The position numbers and the translations under genes are program-made. DNA of 64,000 nt from Phycisphaerae bacterium (GTDB lineage: Bacteria; Planctomycetota; Phycisphaerae; UBA1845): contig JAGFJJ010000068.1 in assembly GCA_024102815.1 (NCBI GenBank), positions 7,915 to 71,914 on the forward strand, given 5' to 3'. The notes below the pieces were generated by a model. The model was not told the DNA's origin. It ran no database searches and saw nothing but the letters and a program-made list of their open reading frames with translations. Each line of letters begins with the position of its first letter. Position 1 is the first letter of the stretch. Positions 37,793-47,274 of this stretch are shown here, one piece after another.

Positions 37793-39259
37793 ATGAGCAG
37801 CACCATCACCTGCCCCAACTGTGACAACGAGATCGAGATTACTGAAGTCATGTCGGCCCAGCTTCGCGACGAAATTCGCCGTGAACTGGAGAAGGACGTC
37901 AACGTCAAGCGGCAACAACTCACGGCACGGGAACGCGAGATCGAGAAACGCCAGCTCGAGATCGATGAGGCGGAGAAATCGATCGACGCGAAGGTCGGCA
38001 AGCAACTCGCTGCCGAGCGCGATAAGCTCGAGGCGAGTGCCAGAGCGAAAGCGAAGGAGGAGCTGGGTGTCGAACTGAAGGACCGGGACGCGCAGATCAC
38101 GGAGCTGCGCGACAAGGTGAAGACCGCCGAGGAGACGGAGCTAGCTCTTCGCAAGAGGGAACGGGAACTTAAGGATCGGGAAGGTGAGCTTGCCCAGCAG
38201 CGGGACCGGATGGAGGAGGAGGCTCGCCAGAAGCTCGACGCTGCGCGACAAGGACTGATTGACCGGGCCAAGGCCGAAGCGAAGAACGAGCTGTCCGTCG
38301 AAATGAAGGATCGTGATGAACGCGAGGCCGAGCTGCGCGGTAAACTCGACGAGGCCAACAAGCAGGAACTCGAATGGCGGAAGCGCGAACGAGCCCTGAA
38401 CGCGGAGAAGGAAGAACTGGAGCTTTCAGTACAACGGCGTCTCACTGAAGAACGCGACAAGATTCGTGACGAAGCGCTCAAGAAGGCGGATGAGGATCAT
38501 CGATTGAAGGATGCCGAGAAGGACAAGAAGATCACCGATCTGGTGAAGCAGCTCGACGAGGCCAAGCGTCGTGCCGAGCAGGGTTCTCAGCAGTCGCAGG
38601 GCGAGATCCAGGAGCTGGCGCTTGAGGAGATGCTTGCGAGCCGATTCCCCGCTGACGATTTTGCGGAGATCGGCAAAGGCGTGGCCGGCGCCGACGTGAT
38701 GCAGCGTGTGCGGACGTCGGCCGGTGTCGATGCCGGCTCGATCCTCTGGGAATCAAAACGAACGAAGAGCTGGAAGAAGGAGTGGCTGCCGAAGCTGCGC
38801 AAGGATCAACGCGAGGCGAAGGCTGACGTCACCGTGATCGTTAGTGCGCACCTGCCCGACGGCGTGGAGACTTTTTCGCAGATTGATGGTGTGTGGGTCT
38901 GCAGCTGGCCGTGCGCTGTGAGCCTGGCGATGGCACTGCGCAGTGGGTTGCTTGAGACGGCCAAGGCCCGCCGAGCGCTGGCCGGGCAACAGGGGAAGAT
39001 GGAACAGGTGTACAACTACCTGGCCAGCCCGGAGTTTCGCAACCGCGTGGCCGGGATTGCCGAGGCGTTCGCCACGATGCAGCAGGATCTGGACAAAGAG
39101 AAGCGGGCGATCCAGAACCACTGGGCCAAACGGGAAAAGCAGATCGAGCAGGCGGTGGCTAACACGGCCGGAATGTACGGCGATTTGCAGGGCATCATCG
39201 GCGGATCCCTCCCGGAAATTCAGGGGATGGACATGTTGATGCTTGAGGCGAATGCATGA
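37793..39259 (+). CDS. DUF2130-family protein (N-terminal zinc ribbon, long coiled coil, C-terminal nuclease-like domain)
   Basis: ITCPNCDNEIEI start. ~250 aa of Glu/Lys/Arg coiled coil. C-terminal GADVMQRV...GSILWESKRTKSWKKEWLPKLRKDQREAKADVTVIVSAHLP is typical of DUF2130 as I recall it. Confidence 0.75.
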   Translation: MSSTITCPNCDNEIEITEVMSAQLRDEIRRELEKDVNVKRQQLTAREREIEKRQLEIDEAEKSIDAKVGKQLAAERDKLEASARAKAKEELGVELKDRDAQITELRDKVKTAEETELALRKRERELKDREGELAQQRDRMEEEARQKLDAARQGLIDRAKAEAKNELSVEMKDRDEREAELRGKLDEANKQELEWRKRERALNAEKEELELSVQRRLTEERDKIRDEALKKADEDHRLKDAEKDKKITDLVKQLDEAKRRAEQGSQQSQGEIQELALEEMLASRFPADDFAEIGKGVAGADVMQRVRTSAGVDAGSILWESKRTKSWKKEWLPKLRKDQREAKADVTVIVSAHLPDGVETFSQIDGVWVCSWPCAVSLAMALRSGLLETAKARRALAGQQGKMEQVYNYLASPEFRNRVAGIAEAFATMQQDLDKEKRAIQNHWAKREKQIEQAVANTAGMYGDLQGIIGGSLPEIQGMDMLMLEANA

Positions 39260-39308
39260 CCATGATCTACGATCCCGCGCCCGCCACAAACTTCGAGAGA
39301 TTAACCTG

Positions 39309-40202
39309 ATGACCGACAAAAGCGATCAAGGTCTTGACAATCAAACCGGTGGAGTCAAGTTCGGGCATCACATCGTCACGCTGATCGACTTCCTGGGCCA
39401 GCAAAGGCAACTTGAGAAATGGGATTTTCTTCCCGAAACTGAGTACGACACGGACGAGTTTGTCGCAGCGGTGCGCGCAACATTCGGCAAGGTAACCGTT
39501 TGGCGCGACCAGTTCAGCGAGAAGTTCAATCTCTGGCTGGAATCACGGTCGCTGCCGGTTGAGTTTGCGAAGACACTCCCTGACGAGGGTCGCGCGTATC
39601 GTGAGTTTGCACATACCACACTGGACTTCATGCAATTCTCCGACACGATTGTGATCTACTCGCCGATCGTCAATCAATACGGCCACGCAAACTGCGGGAC
39701 GGTCCTAGCTCATTTGTTTACTTGTGGGACCCTGATGCTGGCGGCGCTCAACCAGGATTGCGCGTTCCGCGGCGCCATCGAAATCGGCATGGCTGGGCAG
39801 ATCGACGAGGCAGGGATCTACGGGCCAGTTCTCGGCTCCGTCCATAACCTTGAGAGCACGGTGGCCGAGTATCCCCGGATTCTCGTTGGAGATAGACTTC
39901 ACGAGTACCTTGTTGCCCAGGCAGCAGATCCCGAGGATTCTCGGGAATCGAAAACGAATCGTGAAATCGCGAAGACATGCCTGAGATTGATCGGCATCGA
40001 CCTCGATCAACACAGGATTCTCGACTACATGGGGCGCGGGTTTGTTGAGTTTGCCACGAACAAGGATAGTTGGAACATGCTTCGCGATGGAGCATGTGCG
40101 TTCGCGGATCAGGAACGTGAGCGATTCAATGAGGCCGCCGACCAGAAACTTGCAGATCGATATACCCGTATGTGCGAGTACCACGCGTCACGAAGCACGT
40201 GA
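39309..40202 (+). CDS. hypothetical protein; possible nucleotidyl-cyclase/palm-like fold (weak)
   Basis: ATG 39309 (MTDKSDQG...). HHIVTLIDFLGQQ, MQFSDTIVIYSP and AFRGAIEIGMAGQIDEAGIYGPVLGSVHNLES loosely parallel class III cyclase blocks (xDIxGFT / GDxxxxxF / RIGIHxG...G..VN.A.R.ES). Confidence 0.45.
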   Translation: MTDKSDQGLDNQTGGVKFGHHIVTLIDFLGQQRQLEKWDFLPETEYDTDEFVAAVRATFGKVTVWRDQFSEKFNLWLESRSLPVEFAKTLPDEGRAYREFAHTTLDFMQFSDTIVIYSPIVNQYGHANCGTVLAHLFTCGTLMLAALNQDCAFRGAIEIGMAGQIDEAGIYGPVLGSVHNLESTVAEYPRILVGDRLHEYLVAQAADPEDSRESKTNREIAKTCLRLIGIDLDQHRILDYMGRGFVEFATNKDSWNMLRDGACAFADQERERFNEAADQKLADRYTRMCEYHASRST

Positions 40203-40250
40203 TCGTGATGTATCCCGCAGGCTCGGGCCTTTTTCTAGATCGGTGAACGC

Positions 40251-41819
40251 ATGATCACAGCCATCGAAATCGAAAACTTCAAGGGGATTGCGGACCGCAT
40301 TCGCATCGATCTCAAGCCAATCACCTTACTGTTCGGTGCCAACAGCTCGGGAAAGAGCACGATCATCCACGCCCTCCATTACGCACGCGAGGTTCTCGTA
40401 CGCCAGAATCTCGACGCCGACCGGACAGAGGCGGGCGGCGAGTTCATAGACCTCGGAGGATTCAGAAACTTCGTCCACAACAGGGACTTGGACCGCGAGA
40501 TCCACCTGCGCTTTGCCCTCAGTTTGCCTGAGGGTGAGATGCTTCCGTACTTTGGTCGATCGTCAGAGCAGCCGTATGGCGAGACCTTGCTTGATCTTCT
40601 GAATCACGTTCGCACGGCCGAGGTGGAGATTGTAATCGCATGGAGCCGGGCTGCTGAGCGACCATATGTTAAGCAGTATCTCGTTGATATTGATGGCTCG
40701 CGCGTTGGCACGCTCGCTGCGACGCCGGATACCCCGCACCAAGCGATGCTCTTGGTTGAGCGTTTGCACCCGTGGCTTAATGCGCAACCCGACAGTGCGG
40801 ATCCGGACACGCCGACAGAATGGCGGCAGATGGTGGACGATGTGCTCCCCGATGCGCCCCCGAAGTGGTTTGAGTTGCCCGTTGAGGCGCGACACGAGGC
40901 TCTGCCGAGTCTCGATTCCGGCCTATCTTGCCCGAAGCTCTTCGAGGACGTGGAGTTGGAGAAGCAGCCACTGGCAGAATCTATGATGCACGTCGTAAAT
41001 CGCATGGTGCTCGGCCCTGGCAAACTCGTTCGAGATGTTCTGCGGGCCTTTCGGTACATCGGGCCGCTACGAGAGAAGCCGCCACGTGCCTTCGAGGCGC
41101 CTCGCTTTCCCGATCCCTCACGATGGACAACCGGGATCGCCGCTTGGGACACGCTCTACAATGGAAACCGCGATGTTCTGGAGGAAGTGGGTGAGTGGTT
41201 GTCCGAACCGTCGCGTTTGGCGGCCGGCTGCTGGTTAAGGATGACCGAATACAAGGAGCTCGAGGTTGACAATCCGTTGATGTCACAATTGATGCTCGGC
41301 CACGCGTTCGATGACACCGATTTGGAGGAGGCCCGACAGTACTTGCAGCAGCTACCCGTTCGTAGGCGGTTGTTTTTGGTTGACCGAGAGTCCGGCGTCG
41401 CGCTGTTGCCGCACGATGTAGGAGAGGGGATTTCGCAGATTGTTCCCGTCGTCGTAGCCTTGTTGGAACAGAACCGACCGTTAACCGCCGTGGAACAGCC
41501 CGAGCTTCACGTGCACCCCGCCGTACAGGTGGGTATCGGCGACCTTTTGATCGAGGCCGTCGAGCGCGGAGAGTTCCCGGTCGTGCTTGAAACGCATAGC
41601 GAACATCTACTCCTCCGCCTTCTCCGCCGAATTCGCGAATCGGGAGAGAATGCACTTCCGCCGGATGTTCACGGCCTGTCGCCGTCGGACCTGTCGGTTG
41701 TTTTTCTTGACCTATCGGATGCCGGTATCCGAGTTACAAGTCTTCGCATCGATGAAACGGGCGAGTTCATTGACCGTTGGCCGCAGGGGTTCTTCGAGGA
41801 ACGACTACCTGAAGTGTGA
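40251..41819 (+). CDS. ABC/SMC-like AAA ATPase (AAA_15/21 type, DUF3696-like C-terminus)
   Basis: IENFKGI...LLFGANSSGKSTIIHAL (Walker A). VEQPELHVHP...VLETHSEHLL (Walker B / D-loop / H). C-terminal FIDRWPQGFFEE. Confidence 0.85.
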   Translation: MITAIEIENFKGIADRIRIDLKPITLLFGANSSGKSTIIHALHYAREVLVRQNLDADRTEAGGEFIDLGGFRNFVHNRDLDREIHLRFALSLPEGEMLPYFGRSSEQPYGETLLDLLNHVRTAEVEIVIAWSRAAERPYVKQYLVDIDGSRVGTLAATPDTPHQAMLLVERLHPWLNAQPDSADPDTPTEWRQMVDDVLPDAPPKWFELPVEARHEALPSLDSGLSCPKLFEDVELEKQPLAESMMHVVNRMVLGPGKLVRDVLRAFRYIGPLREKPPRAFEAPRFPDPSRWTTGIAAWDTLYNGNRDVLEEVGEWLSEPSRLAAGCWLRMTEYKELEVDNPLMSQLMLGHAFDDTDLEEARQYLQQLPVRRRLFLVDRESGVALLPHDVGEGISQIVPVVVALLEQNRPLTAVEQPELHVHPAVQVGIGDLLIEAVERGEFPVVLETHSEHLLLRLLRRIRESGENALPPDVHGLSPSDLSVVFLDLSDAGIRVTSLRIDETGEFIDRWPQGFFEERLPEV

Positions 41820-41828
41820 CGTACCGCG

Positions 41829-42770
41829 ATGCTACACGAGTTTGCGATCGACCCAGCGGCTATGAATAGCCTCGACAGAGTCGCACGTTTTATGGCTGCG
41901 TGTGGATCGGATACGCCGCGCCTTGTGTCGCACATGCCCTGCGGTGGTTGGCTTAACGCGGCGGTTAAGGCCTGTGCGATCGCTGGTTGTGGACCACACG
42001 CGCAAAAGCGCGTTGAAATCTTGATCGACGCTGCGATAAAGCGAGGCCGATTCATCGACCGTCAACGAAAAGCGCCTGCGACTATCACCTGGATCCAAGC
42101 GGCACTCGATGAACATGCCCGGCTACCCTTCCGTGCGATTCTCTCCAATCAACGCATTACCGATTCGCCCGTTACGTTGAACGTCGAGGACGATCTTTCT
42201 GATGAAACCCTGTGGAACCCGCCGAGGTCGGTGACGATACAACGGACCATTCCTGCATTGGTCGAGACTCTCCGCCCTATGCTCCAGCTGGCACGGAAAG
42301 TCGTGATAATAGAGCCGAACTTCGACATCGGCAGTCGTTCGTTCACGGAACCGTTAAGAGCCATGCTCCTTGAAGCGAACAAGACGCCGCCAGATCTCAA
42401 ACTGGTCGAGTTGCACATGACCAACAGCTTTGACGGCCTGCACAACTACCTTGCCGATGAATGTCGCGAGCAGATCGAACTGCTCATTCCCGCCAATGTA
42501 AACGCAGAGATATACTTATGGGAAGGCGGTGTCCTCAGAGGGAATACCTCGGCAACCGATCGGTTGCATGATCGCTTCATGTTGACAAACCGAGGTGGGG
42601 TAATGGTCGGATGGGGATTCGACACGCGTCCCGGATCGCAAACTACGATCACACTTCTTGATGACACGACGTGCCGTGAAATCGAGCGGGATGTATCGTG
42701 CGAGACGCGCCGGTTCCGTATGGCCGGTCGCTCACCCATCCAGTTTACGGGCCGTGCCATGCCGTCATGA
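41829..42770 (+). CDS. hypothetical protein, partner of the AAA ATPase
   Basis: Starts 9 bp after the ATPase stop. 313 aa with ordinary composition. Conserved-looking DRLHDRFMLTNRGGVMVGWGFD near the C-terminus. No family recognised. Confidence 0.55.
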   Translation: MLHEFAIDPAAMNSLDRVARFMAACGSDTPRLVSHMPCGGWLNAAVKACAIAGCGPHAQKRVEILIDAAIKRGRFIDRQRKAPATITWIQAALDEHARLPFRAILSNQRITDSPVTLNVEDDLSDETLWNPPRSVTIQRTIPALVETLRPMLQLARKVVIIEPNFDIGSRSFTEPLRAMLLEANKTPPDLKLVELHMTNSFDGLHNYLADECREQIELLIPANVNAEIYLWEGGVLRGNTSATDRLHDRFMLTNRGGVMVGWGFDTRPGSQTTITLLDDTTCREIERDVSCETRRFRMAGRSPIQFTGRAMPS

Positions 42771-42776
42771 GCTTCA

Positions 42777-43100
42777 CTACTTGTCGGTACTCGGTGGGCA
42801 ATCACTCATGTTGATCCGGCTACCGCATTGACTGCAGTATCTTCCGCGGCGGAACATGATACAATCGCAGACGCTGCAGCGCCGTACCCGTATTGCTGCC
42901 ACAGCCCCTGAAGGCAGTAGGATGAGCAGCGTTACGACGATCGTGAGCGTCGGGCCGGGAAAGTACGCCTCCCGTATGTGCTGCGCCCATGGGACGATGC
43001 CCGCCTCCTGCAGCCACCGCGTGATCACTGCCGCATTGGCCAGCATCAGGACGACCGTGATGAAAACCGCAACGGCCAACTTCCGAATGGTCAGACTCAT
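42777..43100 (-). CDS. small membrane protein with C-terminal zinc ribbon
   Basis: GGGAGA 7 nt upstream of the ATG. Two hydrophobic helices. CSVCDC...CSQCG. Confidence 0.6.
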   Translation of the reverse strand: MSLTIRKLAVAVFITVVLMLANAAVITRWLQEAGIVPWAQHIREAYFPGPTLTIVVTLLILLPSGAVAAIRVRRCSVCDCIMFRRGRYCSQCGSRINMSDCPPSTDK

Positions 43101-43304
43101 GAAACTATCTCCCAGACAACGCCACTACTTCAAGCATAGCGCACCTTGGGCGCCCGCGCAAGTGAGCAACTCGTTTTTTGCTCCTGTCTAGCGCGGATCG
43201 GTGGACATAGCTGGCGCTAGCTCGAGGGAGGAATCGCGGCCAACAAGCTCGGCCGCGAAAAAAGGAAGGGAGAAAGAAACGGTGTACGGAGACCGGGGTT
43301 GGGA

Positions 43305-43517
43305 TTAGCCCTCCGTTCCGTTGACCGTGCGCTCGATCATCGATTCATCCACAGTAACCGATTCAAAGGATCGCGATGATTTCGGGTCGCCTGCGCGCTC
43401 GTTATCGTAGTCCACAATCATCACTTGTACGCCAGCGGTGTCACTCAAGACATCCTGAACGATCCCGCCGTCTACATAGACCACGATCCGAATCGCCTCT
43501 CTTGCTTGATTCTTCAT
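43305..43517 (-). CDS. hypothetical small protein
   Basis: Internal ATG 43517 (MKNQAREAIRIVVYVDGG...) is preceded by GAGGTGAG. Confidence 0.4.
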   Translation of the reverse strand: MKNQAREAIRIVVYVDGGIVQDVLSDTAGVQVMIVDYDNERAGDPKSSRSFESVTVDESMIERTVNGTEG

Positions 43518-43583
43518 GATTCTCACCTCATTCCGCTGGAAGCACACGCTCCGCAGCGCGCAGCGTGTGCTTCCCTCCATATG

Positions 43584-44099
43584 TCAGGCCCTCGGCTGCC
43601 AAAACAGCCATCCGTTGGTCACGCCACCGCCGCGGCCTAAGCCATTGGCCTGCCGATAGGCTTCCGTCGCTTCGAGCGCGGCGCGCGTTGGCGTGATACA
43701 CAACCGTCCGTTCGCTGAGCCGGACGTGAGCAGGATGCTTCGTCCGCTCTTGACCTGCGGGTTCTCAACGACTTCCGCTGTGAATTCCTCACTTCCAATT
43801 CGGCCGACCACCTCCGTCCCGACTGGCCACCAGGCGTGCTTAACGCGCTCGGTGCCTACACAGGCCGTGGAGATCTTGGACTCGCGAGTGCGGCCCCGTT
43901 CATACTCACCTGCGGACATACTCGATGACGTCTGCCACGATGTGCTCGTAGCCTGGCCACGTGCTTGCCTCTCCGTATCAGATTGGGGAATCGCACGAGG
44001 CGGTGACTGTGCGAGCACGCCAGCCCTCAGAAACTCTATGTCGGCCGCTGTAAGCTCGCTCGCGACATCCAACATTAGCTTTGTACGTTCATCCAACAT
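43584..44099 (-). CDS. hypothetical protein
   Basis: 11-bp overlap with the vWA gene stop. The C-terminal ...NGWLFWQ resembles DUF4357-type tails, but the match is weak. Confidence 0.45.
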   Translation of the reverse strand: MLDERTKLMLDVASELTAADIEFLRAGVLAQSPPRAIPQSDTERQARGQATSTSWQTSSSMSAGEYERGRTRESKISTACVGTERVKHAWWPVGTEVVGRIGSEEFTAEVVENPQVKSGRSILLTSGSANGRLCITPTRAALEATEAYRQANGLGRGGGVTNGWLFWQPRA

Positions 44100-45972
44100 G
44101 GCGAAGTCCTTTCATAAGCGTGCGGCTCAGCAGCTTGCACAGCTCAGCCGGAAGTTCTTCGATTCGATGAACCACAATCGTGTCCGCCACGATCGCGCGC
44201 AAGCTTTCATCAGTGATCCCGACGCCAACCAGCTCAATCCCTGTTTTGATGGCTTGTTGCGCCACAAACTGTGCGTGCCGAACGGCGGCGTCATCGCAGG
44301 CCTCGCAGCCGGCGCGGCCGTCGGTCAACACAACGAGAATTCGCCGGCTCTCCGGTCGTTGAATCAGACGGCGTGCGGCTATTTGCATGCCTTCGCCCAG
44401 TGGCGTTAGGCCGGTGCCGCTGATCGTAGGCAAGCGGCGCAGGCCAGTCTTGACCGGCTCGTTGAACTGCTTGACCAGGCCGATCTCCAGATTCGCAAAG
44501 CGGCTGTAACGGGTGCGTATCTCGGTCGGGTCCTGGCCGGTCTCCTGAGCGACCTTGAACAAGTCAAAGTCTCGGCCGGTCGTGAAGGTGAGCGCCTCCG
44601 TGGCGACCTTCAGCTCCGCAAGTGCTTCCAGCAGGACCCGCAGCGCATCACGGGCGACTTCCATCTTGTTTCGGGTCATGCTGCCCGACGAATCGATCAA
44701 TATCGAAACAGCGGTCGAGCGACCCTGTACCATGGCGCGCGTTCGAAACACATCAACGCGAGGCCTGTCCATGCAGAGCCGGTGCAGTGTCTTGGGCGAC
44801 AACCGCCCTCGTTCCTGTTCATCGCGCCACCAACGTTTCTCCTGCGAACGCAGCGCATTGGCGAGACCTCGGCGCAGCCGGCGGATCACATCCGTATGAC
44901 GGCTCCGTAACTCGGCCACCTCACGCTCGCCGGCAAAAGTAATCGGCTGCATGCGATCCAACTCCTTGGTGTAGACGCGATACTCGGAGTTTGTGTTGAG
45001 CTGAGCGACGTGCTCCGCGATTGCTTTGGCTGCGATTTCACCGATCCAACTGCCGTGGTTGACCTTGCGTAGCTCTCCAGAACCGTCAGTCGATTCGGTA
45101 TCATTTTCCTGTGCCGAACCCGACTCAGATGCGGATGCGCCGCTTGCGTCATCTGTCGAGCAATCATCCTCCGGCTCGCCATCGCAGCCCGGATCAGAAT
45201 CATCCGAAGACGTTTCACGCGTCTCGCCGCTGGTTTCTTCCTTTCTGTCGAATTCGGTTGATGACTCAGGCGGGGGCGACTCGGATCCGCTTTCGCTTGA
45301 CGCAGTCCGATCACTCGGAGTGGCCCCGCCGTCATCCGTTCCGGGCGTTTCACGATTGTCGCCACCGGATTCACCTGGCGCGCCTGCTTCAGTTGGCGGC
45401 TGTTGCTTCAACCAACGATCGAGGAGCTGGCCTGCCAGATCAGCAGCGCCATCGGTGTCGTGGATTGCTGGGAACCACGCGAACAAGTCGTCGTAGCCCG
45501 CGACAAGGTCCTCCAGGCTAAGCATGTCCTTGTGATGCGACAGCTTCAAATAGACCGCCGTACAAAACTTGCCGAACGCGGCGCGCTGCCCGACGAGTCG
45601 CACGATTCGATCGCGGATCTGTCGAAACATCGCATCCAGATTGGCACGCACGCCGGGCCACCGTTCCATCGCACGGCGTTCGATCAACGCATCTTCGACC
45701 ACATTGAGCATAGCCTCGTATCCGGGATGTCGCTGCGAGAATCGCTTCACGACCCCGAAATCGGAGAAGGCCACATGGGCCATCTCATGATCCAAGAACC
45801 CTACCACCATACGCTCGAGCGCCTCGTCCATCGGTTCCGGAAGCGACGGCAGGACGATTTGTTTCCCGTCCGTCCAGGCCTCCTCGCCGCGGCAGATCAC
45901 GCGAACACCGAACTGATCAGTCAACGTTCGAGCCAGCCGTTCGAGCTGGCTTTCGAAGAGATTGAAATTCAT
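44089..45972 (-). CDS. CobT-like vWA-domain protein
   Basis: N-terminal GFLDHEMAHVAFSDF. Acidic Asp/Ser/Glu-rich linker. vWA MIDAS ILIDSSGSMT and VLTDGRAG. Confidence 0.85.
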   Translation of the reverse strand: MNFNLFESQLERLARTLTDQFGVRVICRGEEAWTDGKQIVLPSLPEPMDEALERMVVGFLDHEMAHVAFSDFGVVKRFSQRHPGYEAMLNVVEDALIERRAMERWPGVRANLDAMFRQIRDRIVRLVGQRAAFGKFCTAVYLKLSHHKDMLSLEDLVAGYDDLFAWFPAIHDTDGAADLAGQLLDRWLKQQPPTEAGAPGESGGDNRETPGTDDGGATPSDRTASSESGSESPPPESSTEFDRKEETSGETRETSSDDSDPGCDGEPEDDCSTDDASGASASESGSAQENDTESTDGSGELRKVNHGSWIGEIAAKAIAEHVAQLNTNSEYRVYTKELDRMQPITFAGEREVAELRSRHTDVIRRLRRGLANALRSQEKRWWRDEQERGRLSPKTLHRLCMDRPRVDVFRTRAMVQGRSTAVSILIDSSGSMTRNKMEVARDALRVLLEALAELKVATEALTFTTGRDFDLFKVAQETGQDPTEIRTRYSRFANLEIGLVKQFNEPVKTGLRRLPTISGTGLTPLGEGMQIAARRLIQRPESRRILVVLTDGRAGCEACDDAAVRHAQFVAQQAIKTGIELVGVGITDESLRAIVADTIVVHRIEELPAELCKLLSRTLMKGLRHVG

Positions 45973-46070
45973 TTTCTCTTGCTCCTTGCGATGCGCTAAA
46001 AAAAGGGCCGCGCCCGCCGCATCGCCATTGCGGGCGCAACCCTTTGTGATTCAGAGTCTTCGATTGGCGC

Positions 46071-47222
46071 TTAAGAAGCGGTGACCTTCTGCGCCAGGGG
46101 ACCGACGTGATGATCAAAGGTCTCGCGGACGACTTTGACATCCTCCGGCGGGACCTTGTTGAGCACGCAAACCGTAAGGGCCCGATCGAAGTCGTTTCCG
46201 CGATCCAGCCGAGCACAGAGCGCAAGCAAGCGCCGCGTGCTCAGCACCGTGGTTAGCTGCTCTTCGGCGTGCGCCTTCCTCAGATCCCCGGCCGATTTGA
46301 CCATGCACTTGATCAGGTCCTTGTTCAGCCTTGAATGTCGGGCACGCAGCAGCTCGATCTCTTGCTTGGGCGGTAGGTGATCCATACGCACTACCACGTC
46401 CCAGCGATCCAGCCAGCTGAAGTTGAGCACGTGCGTTCCGCTGGAATAAAGCCCCGAGTCGGATCCGAATCCCAACGTGTTGGCTGTAGCCACCAGCCGG
46501 AAATCCGGATGCGGAGCGATGTCCTCTCCAGTGTCCGTAAGTAGCAGGTGTCCACGGGGCTCAAGCACTTGCTGTAGAACGAAGCCCACCTCCGGCTGCA
46601 TGGCGTCGACTTCGTCCAACTGGAGGATCTGACCCTGTTCCAATGCCTGGGGCAGGATGCCCTTGACGAAAACTGTCTCCTTTCGTTCATTGACGGTCCA
46701 GTGCCCGATGAAGTCGCCCACGCTGGTCTCGCCGTTGAGCGAGACCCGCCGCACCGGTCGTTGCGTGAGCGCGCCGATTTGCCGAACCAGCGAGCTCTTG
46801 CCTGTGCCGCTCGGGCCGTAGATGAACACGCGTTCGTTGTGCTCGACCGCCTCCGCCACGTCTCGGCAGGGCTCCGTCCACACGAATGTCGGATCTTCCC
46901 GCGGAACAAGAGGGTGCTCGATGCCGAAGCTCGCGGTCATTGCGGCGCCGGCCACGTCAATCTGGTAACGCAAGACACCGGCAACTCGGTTGACGTTGCG
47001 ATCATGCAAGAACGCCCCGAACTCGCCTGTCGCCAGGGCTTGCTCTGGAAACTGCGCCTGAATCGCCTCGGGTTCGACGTTGTGCTCGTTCCGCAAGTGC
47101 GGAATGAGCGTCATTTTCTCCGATCGCCCGCAGAGCGGACACTTCAATTGATCTGCCATGAGAATACTCCTGATGAAAAAGAACCGGCGGCCGAACGGAC
47201 CCTGCGCGCGCAGGGAATCCAC
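46071..47222 (-). CDS. CobS/MoxR-like AAA+ ATPase (AAA_5) with N-terminal zinc finger
   Basis: VFIYGPSGTGKSSLVRQIG Walker A, ILQLDEVD Walker B, LKCPLCG...HLRNEH. Confidence 0.85.
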   Translation of the reverse strand: MDSLRAQGPFGRRFFFIRSILMADQLKCPLCGRSEKMTLIPHLRNEHNVEPEAIQAQFPEQALATGEFGAFLHDRNVNRVAGVLRYQIDVAGAAMTASFGIEHPLVPREDPTFVWTEPCRDVAEAVEHNERVFIYGPSGTGKSSLVRQIGALTQRPVRRVSLNGETSVGDFIGHWTVNERKETVFVKGILPQALEQGQILQLDEVDAMQPEVGFVLQQVLEPRGHLLLTDTGEDIAPHPDFRLVATANTLGFGSDSGLYSSGTHVLNFSWLDRWDVVVRMDHLPPKQEIELLRARHSRLNKDLIKCMVKSAGDLRKAHAEEQLTTVLSTRRLLALCARLDRGNDFDRALTVCVLNKVPPEDVKVVRETFDHHVGPLAQKVTAS

Positions 47223-47274
47223 GTCGTTCAGTCACGCCGGGCTTCTGATTACGGTCGGGTTGCCTGAAGGCAGG

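Noticed and set aside
37750-38481. 243-aa Ser/Arg-rich minus-strand ORF.
   Set aside because: It is antisense to the DUF2130 coiled-coil region. Its low-complexity composition mirrors the Glu/Lys/Arg codons of the sense strand.
40981-41655. 224-aa Arg-rich minus-strand ORF.
   Set aside because: It is antisense to the AAA ATPase gene and has a spurious composition.
43225-43262. CGCGGCC-N9-GGCCGCG followed by AAAAAA was considered as a terminator for the minus-strand gene 43305..43517.
   Set aside because: On the minus-strand transcript the U-run would precede the stem rather than follow it. On the plus strand the stem is followed by A's, so the geometry does not fit an intrinsic terminator in either direction.
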